From: Basidiobolus meristosporus CBS 931.73
Taxonomy: Eukaryota > Fungi > Basidiobolomycota
Length of the DNA: 64,000 nucleotides
NCBI GenBank assembly: GCA_002104905.1
Contig: MCFE01000110.1
Coordinates: 1-64,000 of the forward strand
Reading direction: 5' to 3'
Part shown: positions 1-12,700 of the stretch, one piece after another
How positions within the stretch are numbered: the first letter of the stretch is position 1
Layout of the letters: each line of letters starts with the position of its first letter
Program-made: the position numbers and the translations under genes
Notes under the pieces: generated by a model
The model's input: only the letters and a program-made list of their open reading frames with translations
Database searches by the model: none
What the model was told of the DNA's origin: nothing

Positions 1-178
1 GGACAACTTTGAGAATTTTCATGTTCTGGGTACCTGGCATTTTGGTGAAAAATATTCCAAGTAAATCCCAACAAGGAATTTGGTCAGTATTCTCTAGGAT
101 TTGAAGGTGATGATCTAAGTGACTAAGTTAGGTGAATATTTAGGTGGAAATACGAATTTTTACAACACTCCCACTCAG

Positions 179-3100
179 CTAAATGTTCATACTGACTAGT
201 CCTAATTTTGACCTAAGATATTCAAACTTGTCTCTAGCTAATGGTTTGGTAAATATGTCTGCAATCATTTCATCTGTAGGACAGTAAACTAAGCTAACTA
301 AGTTATTCTCTATAGCTTCACATATGAAATGATGTCTAATATCTATGTGCTTGGTTCTAGCATGAAAAGTTGGATTTCTACCTAATTGTGTACATCCTTG
401 ATTATCTTGAAATAAAGTAATAGGCATTTTTTGACATAGGCCTAAATCTGTAAAGAGCTTTCTTAACCACATTGCTTCTTTTGTAGCTTCACAGGCTGCC
501 ATATACTCTGCCTCTGTAGTAGAAAGTGCTACGGTTGGTTGCTTTCTTGAATTCCATGAAATTGCTCCTTTACAGTAAAGAAAGGTGTATCCTGTGGTGG
601 ATCTTCTGTCTTCCAAATTTTGTCCCCAATCAGCATCAGAGTATCCCACAAGATCCTGTTCTGAATCCTTATAAGTGTATCTTAAGCAGATATCAGCAGT
701 TCTTTTAGGTATCTAAAAATCCGCTTAACCGCTGCAATATGATCAGATCCATAATTCTGATTATGTTGGCTGACAGCTCCCACTGAATATGAGATATCTG
801 GACGTGTTCCAAGCATGATATACATCAGACTGCCGACCATAGATTGATAAGGAAAGTCAGGGCTTTCAGATGGCACCAAGCTCTCTTGATTTGGTTGAGT
901 TTTGACCAAGTTAAGGTTTGTCTCCATTGGGGTAGCTGCTGGTTTACAGTCTTCCATTTTGTACTTCTTTAGTATATCTTGAATATACTTGGATTGCTTA
1001 GGGTAATAGTCTGGGTACTTCTGTCTATGGAGAACTTAATCCCTAAGTAGTAACTAAGTTCTCCTAGATCAGACATCTTGAACTCCTTAGATAGGCTGGA
1101 TTTAGTCTCTTCCAATGTTTCTAGGTTATTGGCGGCTATAATAAGATCATCCACATATAGAGCTAATAGAACTGGATTGCTCTATCTGGCTTATAGTATA
1201 TACTATAGTCAGCATTACTCCTTTTGAAACTCAAAGATTCCAAATAAGAATCTATCTTGCAATTCCAGGCTCTTGGTGATTGTTTGAGACCATATAGTGA
1301 CTTTTTAAGCTTGCAGACCAAATGGGGGTTATTTTGGTCAACAAACCCATCAGGCTGGTCCATATACACGTCCTCATCAAGTTCTCCATTCAAAAATGCA
1401 GTTTTTACATCCATTTGATGAATAAAAAACTTATATTTGGCTGCAATAGCCAATATTAATCTGATGGAATTAAACTTGGCTACCGGTGCAAAGGTCTCAG
1501 TATAGTCAAGTCCTTTTGTTTGAGAGTATCCTTTGGCTACAAGTCTTGCTTTGTATCTTTCAATTGTGCCATCAGCCTTGTATTTTGTCTTGAAGACCCA
1601 TCTGCATCCAATTGATTTTTGGTTGATTGGTAATTTGACTAAGTCCCAAGTTTGATTTTCCATTAGGGCCTGATATTCCTCAGTCATTGCAGATCTCCAA
1701 AACTTCATCTGAGGGCTATTTAGGGCCTCTTTTACAGTCTGGGGTTCATCAATATGGACTGAATAGGCATAGGCTAAGTTTGTACCCTCATTGATATAGT
1801 AATTTGGGCTATTTCTTGTCCGATTGGATCTCCGGGCATTTGATACTGGAATGATCACTTCTGGGATATTCCTGGGCACTGATTCTGGCTGAACCACGGT
1901 TGTAGAGTCCTCTGGAGTGAAAAGATTTTCATTGTTTTGCTCTGATTCAATCCTGACAATTGGTGGACTTGAGATCAAATTTTCGTCATCATCTGATGTC
2001 ATTTTTTGTGAAAATTTTGAATTTTCATCAAACAACACATCCCTGGACTTGATCAGCTTCTTTGCTTTGGTATTGTAGAGTCTGTATGCCTTACTCTCAT
2101 TGCAGTAGCCCAAAAATATGCATTTTACACTTTTTGGCTCAAATTTTGACTGATTTCCGGCCAGTTTTTTGGCATATGCTGTACACCCAAATATTCTTAG
2201 ATGTTCTGCACTTGGTCTGTATCCATACCATGCTTCAAATGGAGTAGAATCACAAAGTATTCTGTTATAACTCCTATTTTTAAGATATACAACAGTGGCA
2301 ACTGATTCCGCCCAAAAATCATAGGATAATTTTTGATCATGGATCATAGATCTTACCATATCAATTATTGATCTGTTAGCTTGTTCTGCTACTCCATTTT
2401 GCTGTGGGGAGTATGGTACAGTAGTCTCTTGATTTATCCCATGAATTTTGCAGAAGTGGATGAAGAGTTTTGAGGTATATTCTCCACCATTGTCAGAGCG
2501 TATTTTCTTGATTTTTTCACCAGTTTCTCTCTCCACCATGGCTTTAAACTCCCTGAACTTAGACAGAGCTTCTTCCTTTCTCTCCATGAAGTAGACCCAT
2601 GTGTATCTTGTATAATCATCAATAAAAGTGATTAAATACTTCATCCCGCCTAAGGATAAATTTTGCATAGGTCCACACAGATCTGAGTGAATTAGATCTA
2701 ATTTTTTCTTAGTTTTGATTAACCCAGAGCTCTTGAACGGTTGTCTGGCTTGTTTCCCATATATGCAGGCTTCACAGTGCTCCAAAATAGCTGGGGGATC
2801 AATTTTCACTCCAGAAATTAGCTGATCTTTGATCATTTTACGCAAATAATCAAAATTGATGTGTCCAAATCTCCTGTGCCAAAGCATTGGTGTTTCTTCA
2901 TTTAAGTTACTTATATTGGCTTCCAAATATGATGGAATATAAGTCAACTTGTATAGGTTCTGATCTCTGATGCCCAAAGCAATATGGGCACCATTTTGAT
3001 CAGTGATCCTGCATCCAGAATTGTCAAAACTGAAACTGAGTCCTTCTGCTGTGGCCTTGCTTACGGAGAGTAGGTTCTTGGCTATTTCTGGTACATAGAG

Positions 3101-4120
3101 TACTTCTTTAAAGGTCAGTGTATGGCTTCCTTCACTGCTTCTTAGGTTTACTTGGATAGTTCCTTCTCCCACTGCATCAAGTGTTCTATTGTCACCCATG
3201 AAAACCTTCTTAATTGGAATTTCTTGATATTGGGTAAAAAGTTCTTTTTGGTGTGTAAAGTGTTGAGAAGCTCCAGAGTCAATATACCACGTCTGAGAAT
3301 CCTTGTTTGTGGTCATATTTAGTGCAGATATGAATAGACTATCTTCAGTTGTTGCAGCATTTCCATATTCAGGCTTCTTTTGCTGATAGTCTCTCTTTTT
3401 GAAACACCGGTCTGATGTGTGTCCTTTCCTTTTGCAGTAGTTGCAAAATAGGTTGCTGTTGCCTTTGTAGGGTCTTGGGTACCTCCTTTGTTGGTTATCG
3501 TTGCTTATTAAAGCATTTTCTTCTTCCTTCTTATTGGCGCTTGATTTTCTTAATTCTTCATCCAGGAGCCTTCCATATACGTAATTTAAGGTCAAATCTT
3601 CAGTTCTGGACTCTAGGGCTGATACAAGGCCCTGAAACCTGTCTGTCAGGCTATTCAGGATGGTAACTATCACATCCTCATCAGTAGTTGGTACGCCCAC
3701 AGATTCCATCTCATCTACCAGCAGGGTAATTCTGTTAATTAGATTTTTCATTTCTTCTCCTGGCAGCATCTTTGTAGTAAAGAACTTTCTTCTCAGATAC
3801 ATTTTCTTGGCAGCTGAACATGACTGGTAGGTGTCTTCTAATGCCTTCCAGGCATTCTTTGCCGTTTTTGCTCTTGAGCATTGAATTAGCAATTTGTCCT
3901 TGACATTAAGGCAAATGCAGTTAAAGGCACTTTGTTCTTTCTTCTGGTACTTTAAGGCTTCCTCTCCCACGTTTTTAGGAGGGCATTCTTCTCCCATGAC
4001 AATATCCCAAAGGCCTCTTTCTTGTAGCAGCATCTTCATCTTCACCTTCCACACTTGGTAGTTAGATCCATCCAACTTTTCAGCAGAGGGAAAAATTCCA
4101 GTAATAGCAGTAGTAGACAT
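179..4120 (-). CDS. copia Gag-Pol polyprotein, split over four ORFs (1163-4120, 969-1154, 682-957, 179-649) by three single-base frameshifts
   Basis: Motifs: KLDGSNYQVW (gag N-terminus), CNYCKRKGHTSDRC zinc knuckle, WYIDSGAS protease, LWHRRFGH/CEAC, HSDLCGP-DNGGEY-NGVAE integrase, WVFKTK-RLVAKG-QMDVKTAFLNG-YVDD RT, YSDADW-TKHIDIR RNase H. The likely start is MSTTAITG at 4120. Confidence 0.95.
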
Positions 4121-4151
4121 TGCAGAGAGTGACAGCTCGGGGCTCATAACC

Positions 4152-4501
4152 TGTTGTAAGAGTCTTGGAGATATTGGAAGTGATTTGGAGAACAAGTAGA
4201 TTATGTGGTTTTCACTTAATGATTTATTGAATGTAAAAGTAGTATTTATACTTTTACCTGGTCTTGGCATTACAAACACGTAGAATAGGTTAAGGAAGGT
4301 CCCAAGAACATGTGTGCAAAGTTTGGGGCTGTTTGGACAACTTTGAGAATTTTCATGTTCTGGGTACCTGGCATTTTGGTGAAAAATATTCTAAGCAAAT
4401 CCCGACAAGGAATTTGGTCAGTATTCTCTAGGATTTGAAGGTGATGATCTAAGTGACTAAGTTAGGTGAATATTTAGGTGGAAATACGAATTTTTACAAC
4501 A
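4152..4501 (-). repeat. 5' LTR of the copia element
   Basis: TG...CA termini and an adjacent PBS. It differs from the visible 167 bp of the 3' LTR at 3 positions, all transitions. Confidence 0.95.
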
Positions 4502-4921
4502 ACCATAAGCTGGAGACAAGTTTGATTGGTCAGAACTAGGACTAGTCAGTATGAACATTTAGCTGAGTGGGGGTGTTGTAAGAATTTGTATTTCCACCTA
4601 GATATTCACCTAACTTAGTCACTTAGCTCATTACCTTCAAATCCTAGAGAATACTGACCAAATTCCTTGTTGGGATTTACCTAGAATATTTCACCAAAAT
4701 ACCAGGTACCCAAAACATGAAAATACTCAAAGTTGTCTAAACAGCCCCAAGCTTTGCACACATGTTCTTGGGACCTTCCTTAGCCTATTTTACCTGTTTT
4801 CTATGCCAAGACCAGGTAAAAGTATCAATACTACTTTTACATTCAATAAATCATTAAGTGAAAAGCACATAATCTACTTGTCCTCCCAATCACTTCCAAT
4901 ATCTCCAAGACTCTTACTACA
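4502..4921 (+). mobile_element. 3' end of an older copia family A copy (RNase H tail, PPT, LTR at 4574-4921) into which the 1-4501 element inserted
   Basis: ctaggactagtcagtatgaacatttag encodes LGLVSMNI*, followed by PPT gctgagtggggg and a 348-bp LTR homologous to 4152-4501. Confidence 0.9.
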
Positions 4922-4929
4922 GTAATAAG

Positions 4930-5042
4930 CATTAGTATTTACTACCTGGCTACCTTCTATTGAAAGCTATTCTGAACCAGGTGGTACTGACTTGACCTAC
5001 AAGCTCTCCCAACTACTAAATATAGTCAGTAATAAACCACAG
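4930..5042 (+). repeat. fragment of an LTR family E repeat
   Basis: gctattctgaacca-tggtact-agtcagtaataa is shared with 15005-15380 and 59710-60084. Confidence 0.6.
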
Positions 5043-5057
5043 ATTTGGTGCTGTCTC

Positions 5058-5374
5058 TGTAGTGCCATGCATTTTTGTGACATGTTACAAGCCACAGGAG
5101 TTAGATTCAGAGTGCCATGGGTAATGAGTACCTGACGCATGACTTCAGTTTTTCTGTGCTCTTACACATCCTGCACAACATTGACCTAAAAAAAAAGGTT
5201 AAAAATGAATTTTCTCCAACACAATGGGTGAAACACAGGGGTGGCTTTGCATGAAGAGGCAGAGCTATGTTTCACACTCTGTGGGCAAGTATAGGTTTAC
5301 TTAGCCTCCCTGACACACTCTAGCATTATTTGCCACTCATGGCTCAATGTGGCACTATCCAACAGAACAAGTCT
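5058..5374. mobile_element. truncated foldback MITE (right arm only) of the AGACTTGTTC family
   Basis: Ends in ggcactatccaacagaacaagtct and is colinear with 60696-61040. Confidence 0.88.
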
Positions 5375-5525
5375 AATGACTATATACCTGGGTATATCAC
5401 CTAATCCACCTTATCAACAAATACCCAATCAAGCAAAAGGTTTATAGGAACTTGAGAATTGACACCAATTATATCAATGAGACAATTGAAGCTTTATTAA
5501 AGGATGACATAATTACAGAGAGCCA

Positions 5526-6356
5526 CCCCTACAAAAAATAAATTGGTGCTGTGCATGGATCTAATCCAGATCAGCCATCAGGATCCCATTTGGAGACCAT
5601 CATAATGCCAGCAGCTTGGAATTAGTGACCATCTTAACAATCTTATGATGGGATCACAACTGTATTCAGCTAATTTCACTGCCAAATAAAGTTATAAAAC
5701 TTGACAGGGTCTGATTGGTGATGTAGCAATAGTTGTATGGCTTTTTTGTGGTCTTGATGTGTTCTACAACTATTTTAAATGGATCTAACCAGGCAGTATA
5801 TCCAATCACCTTCTATGGCAAATAACTTGACAGTCTTTTGATGGCCTCAATGCAAGTTTCTGATGGCATTATTGCGGCAGTATGATGGCCAACAACTAGC
5901 TCTATATAATGCCACTGTACCAATTTACCAAATGGTATTTCCTTTTTCTACCTCCCCTTGTGCTGTGCATATTTCCACTGTAGAATCACCACTCTTTATT
6001 TGCTTACCCACAACTACCTTTGATATTCCACATATAGTTCAAATCAAAAAAACTATGGCCTCCTGCTTACTAGCCTCTGCAGACACGTACACCTGCCTCA
6101 ATTAACATATTTCCATCACCTAACTTTACAGCTTTTTAGTGTGACACTTGCAAAGTTGCCATATACCTTGTTCTGCTTGTAACATATACATCTTTTAAGC
6201 ATATGCTTGGTAGCCGTCACTTTTGCCATGAATACCTCCTGAATATCCACAAAGAACTTTTTGGTATTTGGCCAATATATTCCTTCTCCCTGCTGGATTC
6301 TAGTCCCCCTTATATGTGGGCTCTGGCTCTTGTTTGTGTGAATTGTGCATTGAATG
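5526..6356 (-). mobile_element. CMC/CACTA transposon terminal fragment (transposase C-terminus remnant)
   Basis: Starts with the TIR-like cccctacaaaaaa and is homologous to 6357-7180 and 52165-53000. Confidence 0.7.
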
Positions 6357-6399
6357 CCCTATGAAAAATAGTTTGGTCCTGCAGGAGGATCCAATGCAG

Positions 6400-8087
6400 A
6401 TCAGCTGTTAGGATCCTGCTCAGAGACCAACATAATACCAGCGGCTTGGAATTGGTGACCCACTTAACAATCTTATGGCAGGATCACAACATCATTTTGC
6501 TAATTTTACTACCAAATAAAGTGATAAACTTGACAAGGTTTTATTGGTGCTGTGACAATAATTGCATGGTATTATTGCGGTCTTATTGTGCTCTACAACT
6601 ATTCCAAGTGAATCCAACCAGCCAGGACATCCAATTGCCTTATATAGCAATAAACCCAATGGTATTTGAATGGCCTCACTGCAAGACTCTGATGGCATTA
6701 TTGCATCAGTATGGCAGCCTACAGCTGGTTCTGTATAATGCTACTGTACCAATTTATCAAATGGTATTTCCTTTTTCTACCTCCCCTTGTGCAACTCATA
6801 TATTCCACTATAGAATCACCACTCTTTATTTGCTTACCCACTACTACCTTGGGTATTTCACATAGAGGTCAAATCAAAAAAAATAGGGCCTCCTGCTTAC
6901 TAACCTCTATAAACACACACACTTGCCACAATTCACAAGCTTCTATTACCTCAACTTTACGGCTTTTTAATGTGATACTTGCAAAGTTGCCATATACTTT
7001 GTGCCGCTGGCAACATGTAGATCTTGCAAACATATGCTTGGTTGTTGCCACTTCTGCCATAATACCTCCTGAATATCCGCAAAGAGCTTCTTGGTATTTA
7101 GTCAATATATTCTTTCTCCCTGCAGGATTCTAGTCCCCCTTATAGGTGTGCTCTGGCTCTTGTTTGTGTGAATTCTGCATCAAACGGTGCAGAAGTTGGT
7201 TTGTAGCCAAGAGAAAACTGGTAGCTATCCAGGTTGGACAATAATTTACGCCTAGATACCAGTGAGGCTACCATCAGATTATTGCTCTGATACCATAAGA
7301 TGGGTGGCAGATTCAGATTGATGAGAATCAGTGGCCAGCAGGATTTGCTGGTAGACTACTTGTTTCATAAGAATCCATCATGTGCTAAGGCAAAGGCATG
7401 GTCATACATACCTTCAAAGTAGCCCTTGCTTCTTAGCTGTTTGTAATGTTTAACATCAAATATATTGGATATGTTTGTGCTTGATTGATACTGAGTGCAG
7501 TACTGTATAACTTTGCAATATTTTTCAGACTGCACCAGCTTCCTCAGATGGGGTAAGCTGGTATTACCAGAATATATTGGAGTGTGAACAATGTTTTCCT
7601 TCAATGGTGGTGGATTCCTGACAATTTGAACATGTTGCAATGGTAGCACTTTTAGATGTGAATACCATGCAACTGTTAACACATGCCGGAACCAGGATAG
7701 TTTTTGGGTCATATGTTGCCAGCCGCATGATGGTTGTCCACCTGTACCATGTACATGGCACATTGCATCCTGGAATGATTTGGCAAGAAGTAATAATAAA
7801 TCCTCAAAGCCCTCATTACTGATATTAGTGGAAACATGCCACTTCTCTAGCCACAACATTACATCATTCACCAGTAGATGGATTACTGGGCTCACTTGGC
7901 TCCATAAAGTATCCTTGGCATGTGTTTCAATGGGTGCTGTCTCATTGCATATTGGGATTTGACCAGGCTCATCTGTGGTACTGTTGTTAGGGGAGATAGG
8001 CTCACAATTCATCAATGAACCTTCATTGTCAGAGCTATCACTCTGCATGCCATATTCAGAAGGCTGAGGGGAGCCTAAAGGTGTCAC
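6400..8087 (-). pseudogene. CACTA (Tnp2/Transposase_21-like) transposase remnant
   Basis: ACVNSCMVF...CSNC cysteine cluster and YDHAFALAHDGF. The homologue at 53940-54443 has SCWPLILINMNL...LDSYLYPL...GDTPSISK...GHN. Confidence 0.75.
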
Positions 8088-8132
8088 AAACTCACCTGAC
8101 TAAGTTTGCCCAAGGTGACAAATTTGACCAGG

Positions 8133-8808
8133 TGTTGTATCCAAGAGAAAAGTGTATTAAAACTCTTGAATGAGTTAACTGAGCCTAAGTGACAACTAAG
8201 TGCAGAATCTTAAAATTGTCAAGAGTGCCAGAAATATTAGCAGAGAGGTTCTGGTCTAATGTTGGTCTTATATATAGCTGAGTTGGGCTATAAAGGCAAC
8301 AGAGTAGGTTTGCTATGCAGGCTAGGCTTTGTGTTCTTGAGAGTGCTAGATATGCTGAGCTTGGGTAGAAACTAGAATGGATTTGTTGAATTCTTAATTT
8401 TGTTGGGACACACACTAAACCACAAGATTCAGTAAACTTTATTTATACTTTTCTGATTGAGTTGCATTAGTAAGCACCAAGAGACCGGACTAATCAAAAT
8501 CTTTTGGGGTGTTGATAGGTGCATAAAATAAATGAAAAATTGCATCATTAATCAGCTGATATCTTGGCAACTGCTAAGTGGTTGCATAAATCTCAGGTGA
8601 CTAATCACTTGGAATGGCTTAGCAGATCATTTGAGGATGTAATGACCACATGAAATTTGATCAGGTGTGACAGCTAAATATAGATTCTGAGAAGTGATAA
8701 AATAAACCATAACAGGGATTAGTTATGTTGGGTTAGGGAAAATCAGTTAGGGTACTAGATTTTCTAATGCAGTGAAATTGGCCAAGTTTTAAATGTTGAT
8801 GCACAACA
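8133..8808. repeat. solo LTR, family F (676 bp)
   Basis: TGTTG...CAACA termini and a 5-bp TSD ccagg/ccaga. It interrupts CACTA sequence that is contiguous near 55140-55180. Confidence 0.75.
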
Positions 8809-9341
8809 CCAGATGCCAATATAGAAGTATCAAATGGCTGGCAAGATAACTTTGGTACAGTAGTGACTGAAAATAGTCAAATATAACTTGTGTGGCAAGA
8901 AACTGGCCATGATCCTTGTATTACTTCCTATGCTGTTTGTAAGATTCATGGCTGAGATGCTTGCCAGAATAGCCACATGCTCTTTTTTCTCTTCTCTTTT
9001 ACAATGTTTAATCAAAGTAGTCTTGTCCATGGGACATACAGTTTGACCTTCAACAGCATATGCTATTATATCACTTTTTGGTCAATACCCATGTGAATTT
9101 AAGACAATCTTGTATTTGAGACATTGCACCAACATGAATGTAAGATTCAATGATGACCTGCCCTATGAAGCATTATAAATAAAGTTGTGGCACCACATAA
9201 GCATGTATATATAACGCTGTTTCCCCTTTGGTTTGACTCACTTCCATATATGTGCCAACAAAAAAATAAAGCAAGTTGTCTGGTTCCCAACCAAACTCCA
9301 CCACAGATGGCAGCAGAAGTATGGTTGTATAACAGCTTGCT

Positions 9342-10740
9342 TTGACATTCAGTGCAACAAGCAGGGCTACATCCACAAACAACCATGTGTATGGTGTTCC
9401 CATTGAAGGTAATAATGCAGACTCCTCAGGCTCTCAGTCAAGTAGGCAATTTAGAATCTTTATGGAGCCACAAGCTGAGGTTTATGCTCAGGCAGATGAG
9501 AATGTAGCAAATACAGTACCCTCAGTTGAAGAACAGCAAGTAGCCTTCATAACATCACCACCACCAATATTAGCAAGTATGCTATCAGCTCATACCAAAG
9601 CATTGATGAAGTAATTAGGTGCGGTGCCTGATAGGATATATGCAATGGCTCAGAGAAATCAGGAAATGCACCAGAAACAGGATGAGCAGATAATAGGTGT
9701 AGAGTAATCAATATCCCAGGTAGAGAAAGCAGTATCTTTGCTGCAAAGAAGGAACTTAAGTAGTTCAATGCCATAGTTAAGAATTGAGCCCTTGGCCAAT
9801 GTAGCAGCAAAGGGACACCATACAGTCATTGAAGCACAACAATAGAGCCCAAAGATAAAGCCCATAGAAAAACCTATCACAGCATGGGAGGGAGATAATG
9901 TTGTGTTTTTATCAAAGCCTAAAAATCAAAAGACATCAAAGATCCATGAAGTCATTGAGTGCAAAAGTGAAGATTGGGCTAATAATCATGAGGCTCCCAG
10001 AAGTCTAGCACGCCATCACCTTAAGACTAGCATACCATGGGACCGTCAGAAACTCAAGGTCAAGCAGAATAAACTTGACTTTTTTCCATGTGCATTATCC
10101 TGGATTCAAATAGGTAAACCAATTTTGGGGCTGCATTGGTATGCTAAGAAAGCATCTTAAGAATAGAAGGACCTGGCAGTGGTAAAGGAAATGGTAACGG
10201 GAAAAATGTCTACCTAAGCCTGAAACAGGGAAGCATGCAAAAAAGGTGCAGTTCTTGCCAACTAATGCTGCAAGCCTGGAACAGACAGAATCCCATCATA
10301 CCCAAGAAGAATTACCAGCAAGAAAACAGCTGTTTTCACAAGGCGTGGAGGCACAGCCAGTTGAGCCACACTCCAGCAAGGTAGATTGGTTTGCAGAAAA
10401 AGGCAATATGTCTACCACAGCCTTCATCTCTTCCATTGTTGATAGAGTGGAGATCTCACTGACAGACAAGGCTATAATGTCAAGAACTCAAAAGAATATC
10501 ACAATGCCTTCAGTGGGACTTTAGAACATTAATAGGCACACCAAGAGGTTGCAGCACTTCTTCAAGAGCAGTGTGCAAACAATCTTACTTGAATATTGCA
10601 GGAATTTATTGCAAAGTCTGGCAGATGAGGTGTTGGAGCTTGCAGTGATGGCTGAAGGCCAGGGCATGTGCAAAGCAGTGATTTAACAGTGACATAAAGC
10701 CCTTGGGTTTCTGTAAAAGTTGTGGAGCCAGAGCATTACA
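9342..10740 (+). pseudogene. CACTA-associated ORF2 remnant, function unknown
   Basis: The peptides YAQADENVAN...ITSPPPILASML, IPWDRQKLKVKQN and LPARKQLFSQ are conserved with the inverted copy at 34432-35800. Confidence 0.65.
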
Positions 10741-10810
10741 GAAGAAAGACTTATTAAGTGGTGTAATTTAATGGATTTACTTGTTGAGTGTGGGGTTGGG
10801 CTTGACATTA

Positions 10811-11142
10811 CCCTGTGAAAAAAATCTAGTAAAGGCCAGTAAAATACCATTCTAGTGTCAGCTGAGTCCCAAGTTTCTCAAAATTGACAACTCCCAATAT
10901 CTCTGTTGTGAGCTAATGTGCAGGCAAGCCAACAAATTCTCCAGGAGGAGACTAGGCTAACTAGCATCCATGCCAAGTTTGGTCATGAGCTGCCCATTAC
11001 TTCAATCTAAAATTGCATTTGAAATTTTGAACCAAAAACACCAGCTGAATCCCAGCAAAATACCTTTAGAATACCAGTAGAATACCAGTAGAATACCAGC
11101 TCAAAGTTAGATGAATTCCAAGTTTAAGATTTCTCATAGGGG
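10811..11142. mobile_element. CMC-type MITE (~330 bp) with internal AGAATACCAGT tandem motif
   Basis: Termini are CCCTGTGAAAA...TTTCTCATAGGG(G) with TTA on both flanks. The empty site is seen in the homologous copy near 34350. Confidence 0.75.
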
Positions 11143-12700
11143 TTAGTGTAGGATATAGGGACTTGTATAGGTCAATACCACTGGCAACTGATGTACAACT
11201 GAAGTTTCAATGGAAATAAATCAATTTGTATGTATGAAAAGTGAGAGAAACAGTTGAGTCGGAAAGTAAGGAGTATGAAAAAGAGGCAATAGCCAATCAA
11301 TGCACACAAATGCAGGAGGTGATAGAGCATCTAGGATCAGAAAGTGAGCAAATTGGCAGGGAACCAAGCAAGGGCCACTTATATATTGTTGTGATGAAAA
11401 TTTTGACTAAGTTTTTTATGAAATCTGGGGTGCAATTATTTTTCAACAGTCTCTGGATGATGTCCTGACAGGATCAGTACCTCTTAGTCATGGGACTTTA
11501 AGTTTGTGACAGCCTTTTGATGGGATTGTTACATAATTTGTCAAATGGTACTGGCATCACTGCTCCAACCAGTAAGATAACCAACCAACAAATGTTGAGA
11601 GTCATGGTTTATATGTTACATATGGCAAAGGTTGTAGAAATATTGGACTATTTGGTATCATTCAGCAGCTAAAAATTTACTTAACAATTATAGACTAGTC
11701 TTAGTCACTATAGGACTCATTTACTGCCTTAAATTTGCCACTTTCTCCAGATATATGATCTTATGATTATTCCCCTATAGTCAGGATCAAATTAGCACTA
11801 TTACCAAACATTATGTACTAACCCTGAAACTGTTACAGAATGCTCCTGAATATTGAGAAACCCTCCCTACTTGGTGTTACAGCTGTATCACTTTTACAAA
11901 GGTATTAATACTTAGCTTCTTCATGAATAAACAACAGTTCAACTATTATCACTATCTCTTGATAAGTTCCTTATATCCAAATCACTTCTTAAGTTGCAAC
12001 AAAGGTCACATACCAAGAGACATTTGTTGAAGCAGTTGCATCAATACAAGATATAATCAGAGAGGCACAAGACAAGTTACCAATGCAAATTCAAAGTATC
12101 TAACCTGGGAAGACAGCATACCATCTGAGAGGAGGTTTCTTGATTATTAAGGAGAAGGTCACCACTCTGATCCCTGTGTTCATACCAAATGCAGTAAGAC
12201 GGGAGATGCAAGGTATCCACTGTTGCACCCTAACAAAGCCTCAAGTGCCCCCCTGTCCTGTTGCATACTTGCCATTGGTAGGTACCACAGTTGTTGAGAT
12301 ATGCAGACCTGGTATAAGCTGCAAGTGCTCCAGTAGTAGAACTTACAATGATAGAACCCCTCTGAAAATCTACAGGCAACTTGAACCACATTTTCAAGAA
12401 GGAATTATCCAAGACAAGATATGCATATCAGTTAAATACACCTGCCAGTTGACAAACACATTCCACCAAGTTGCTGTATTACAACAGTTACAGCAGCTCA
12501 CCATAGTGCAACTCAGGAGCCAGTGTGAAGCCTAACTCCAAGATGCCTGAGAGGTTGCAACAGACTCAGTAGAAACCATGAGGAACATGAGGAAACACCT
12601 TGATTTTGCCACAGTCTCTACAGAAGTACTACATTATATCTCCAAAGTAGCAGAACCTTCTTATTGACAATGGATAAATGCCAACCAGGTGTATGCACAC

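Larger units (their letters stand above)
1..4501 (-). mobile_element. Ty1/copia LTR retrotransposon, near-intact (family A); 3' LTR runs off the window
   Basis: The 350-bp LTR at 4152-4501 (TGTTG...CAACA) is repeated at 1-167. PBS-like GGTTATGAGCCC lies at 4140-4151 and PPT GCTGAGTGGGAG at 168-179. Domain order is gag-PR-IN-RT-RH. Confidence 0.97.
6357..11550. mobile_element. CMC/CACTA-type DNA transposon, degenerate and internally deleted; transposase on minus, ORF2 on plus
   Basis: Left TIR is CCCTATGAAAAA. It carries Transposase_21-like remnants and is colinear with copies at 52165-55545 and, inverted, 33140-36319. The right end is degenerate. Confidence 0.75.

Noticed and set aside
682-1200. 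Programmed ribosomal frameshifting in copia pol
   Set aside because: The shifts fall inside RT/RNase H, have no slippery heptamer and are absent in the homologous copy.
4121-4279. N-terminal 53-aa extension of the copia ORF
   Set aside because: It lies within the LTR and PBS. The gag homology starts at MSTTAITG (4120).
5400-11500. Neurospora-type RIP as the cause of TE decay
   Set aside because: CpA/TpG remain abundant and CpG is the depleted dinucleotide. A CpG-context RIP-like process cannot be excluded without a mutation spectrum.
12140-12535. VPQLLRYADLV in an alternative frame as a LINE RT motif
   Set aside because: The spacing does not fit PQG...YADD and no other RT motifs are present.
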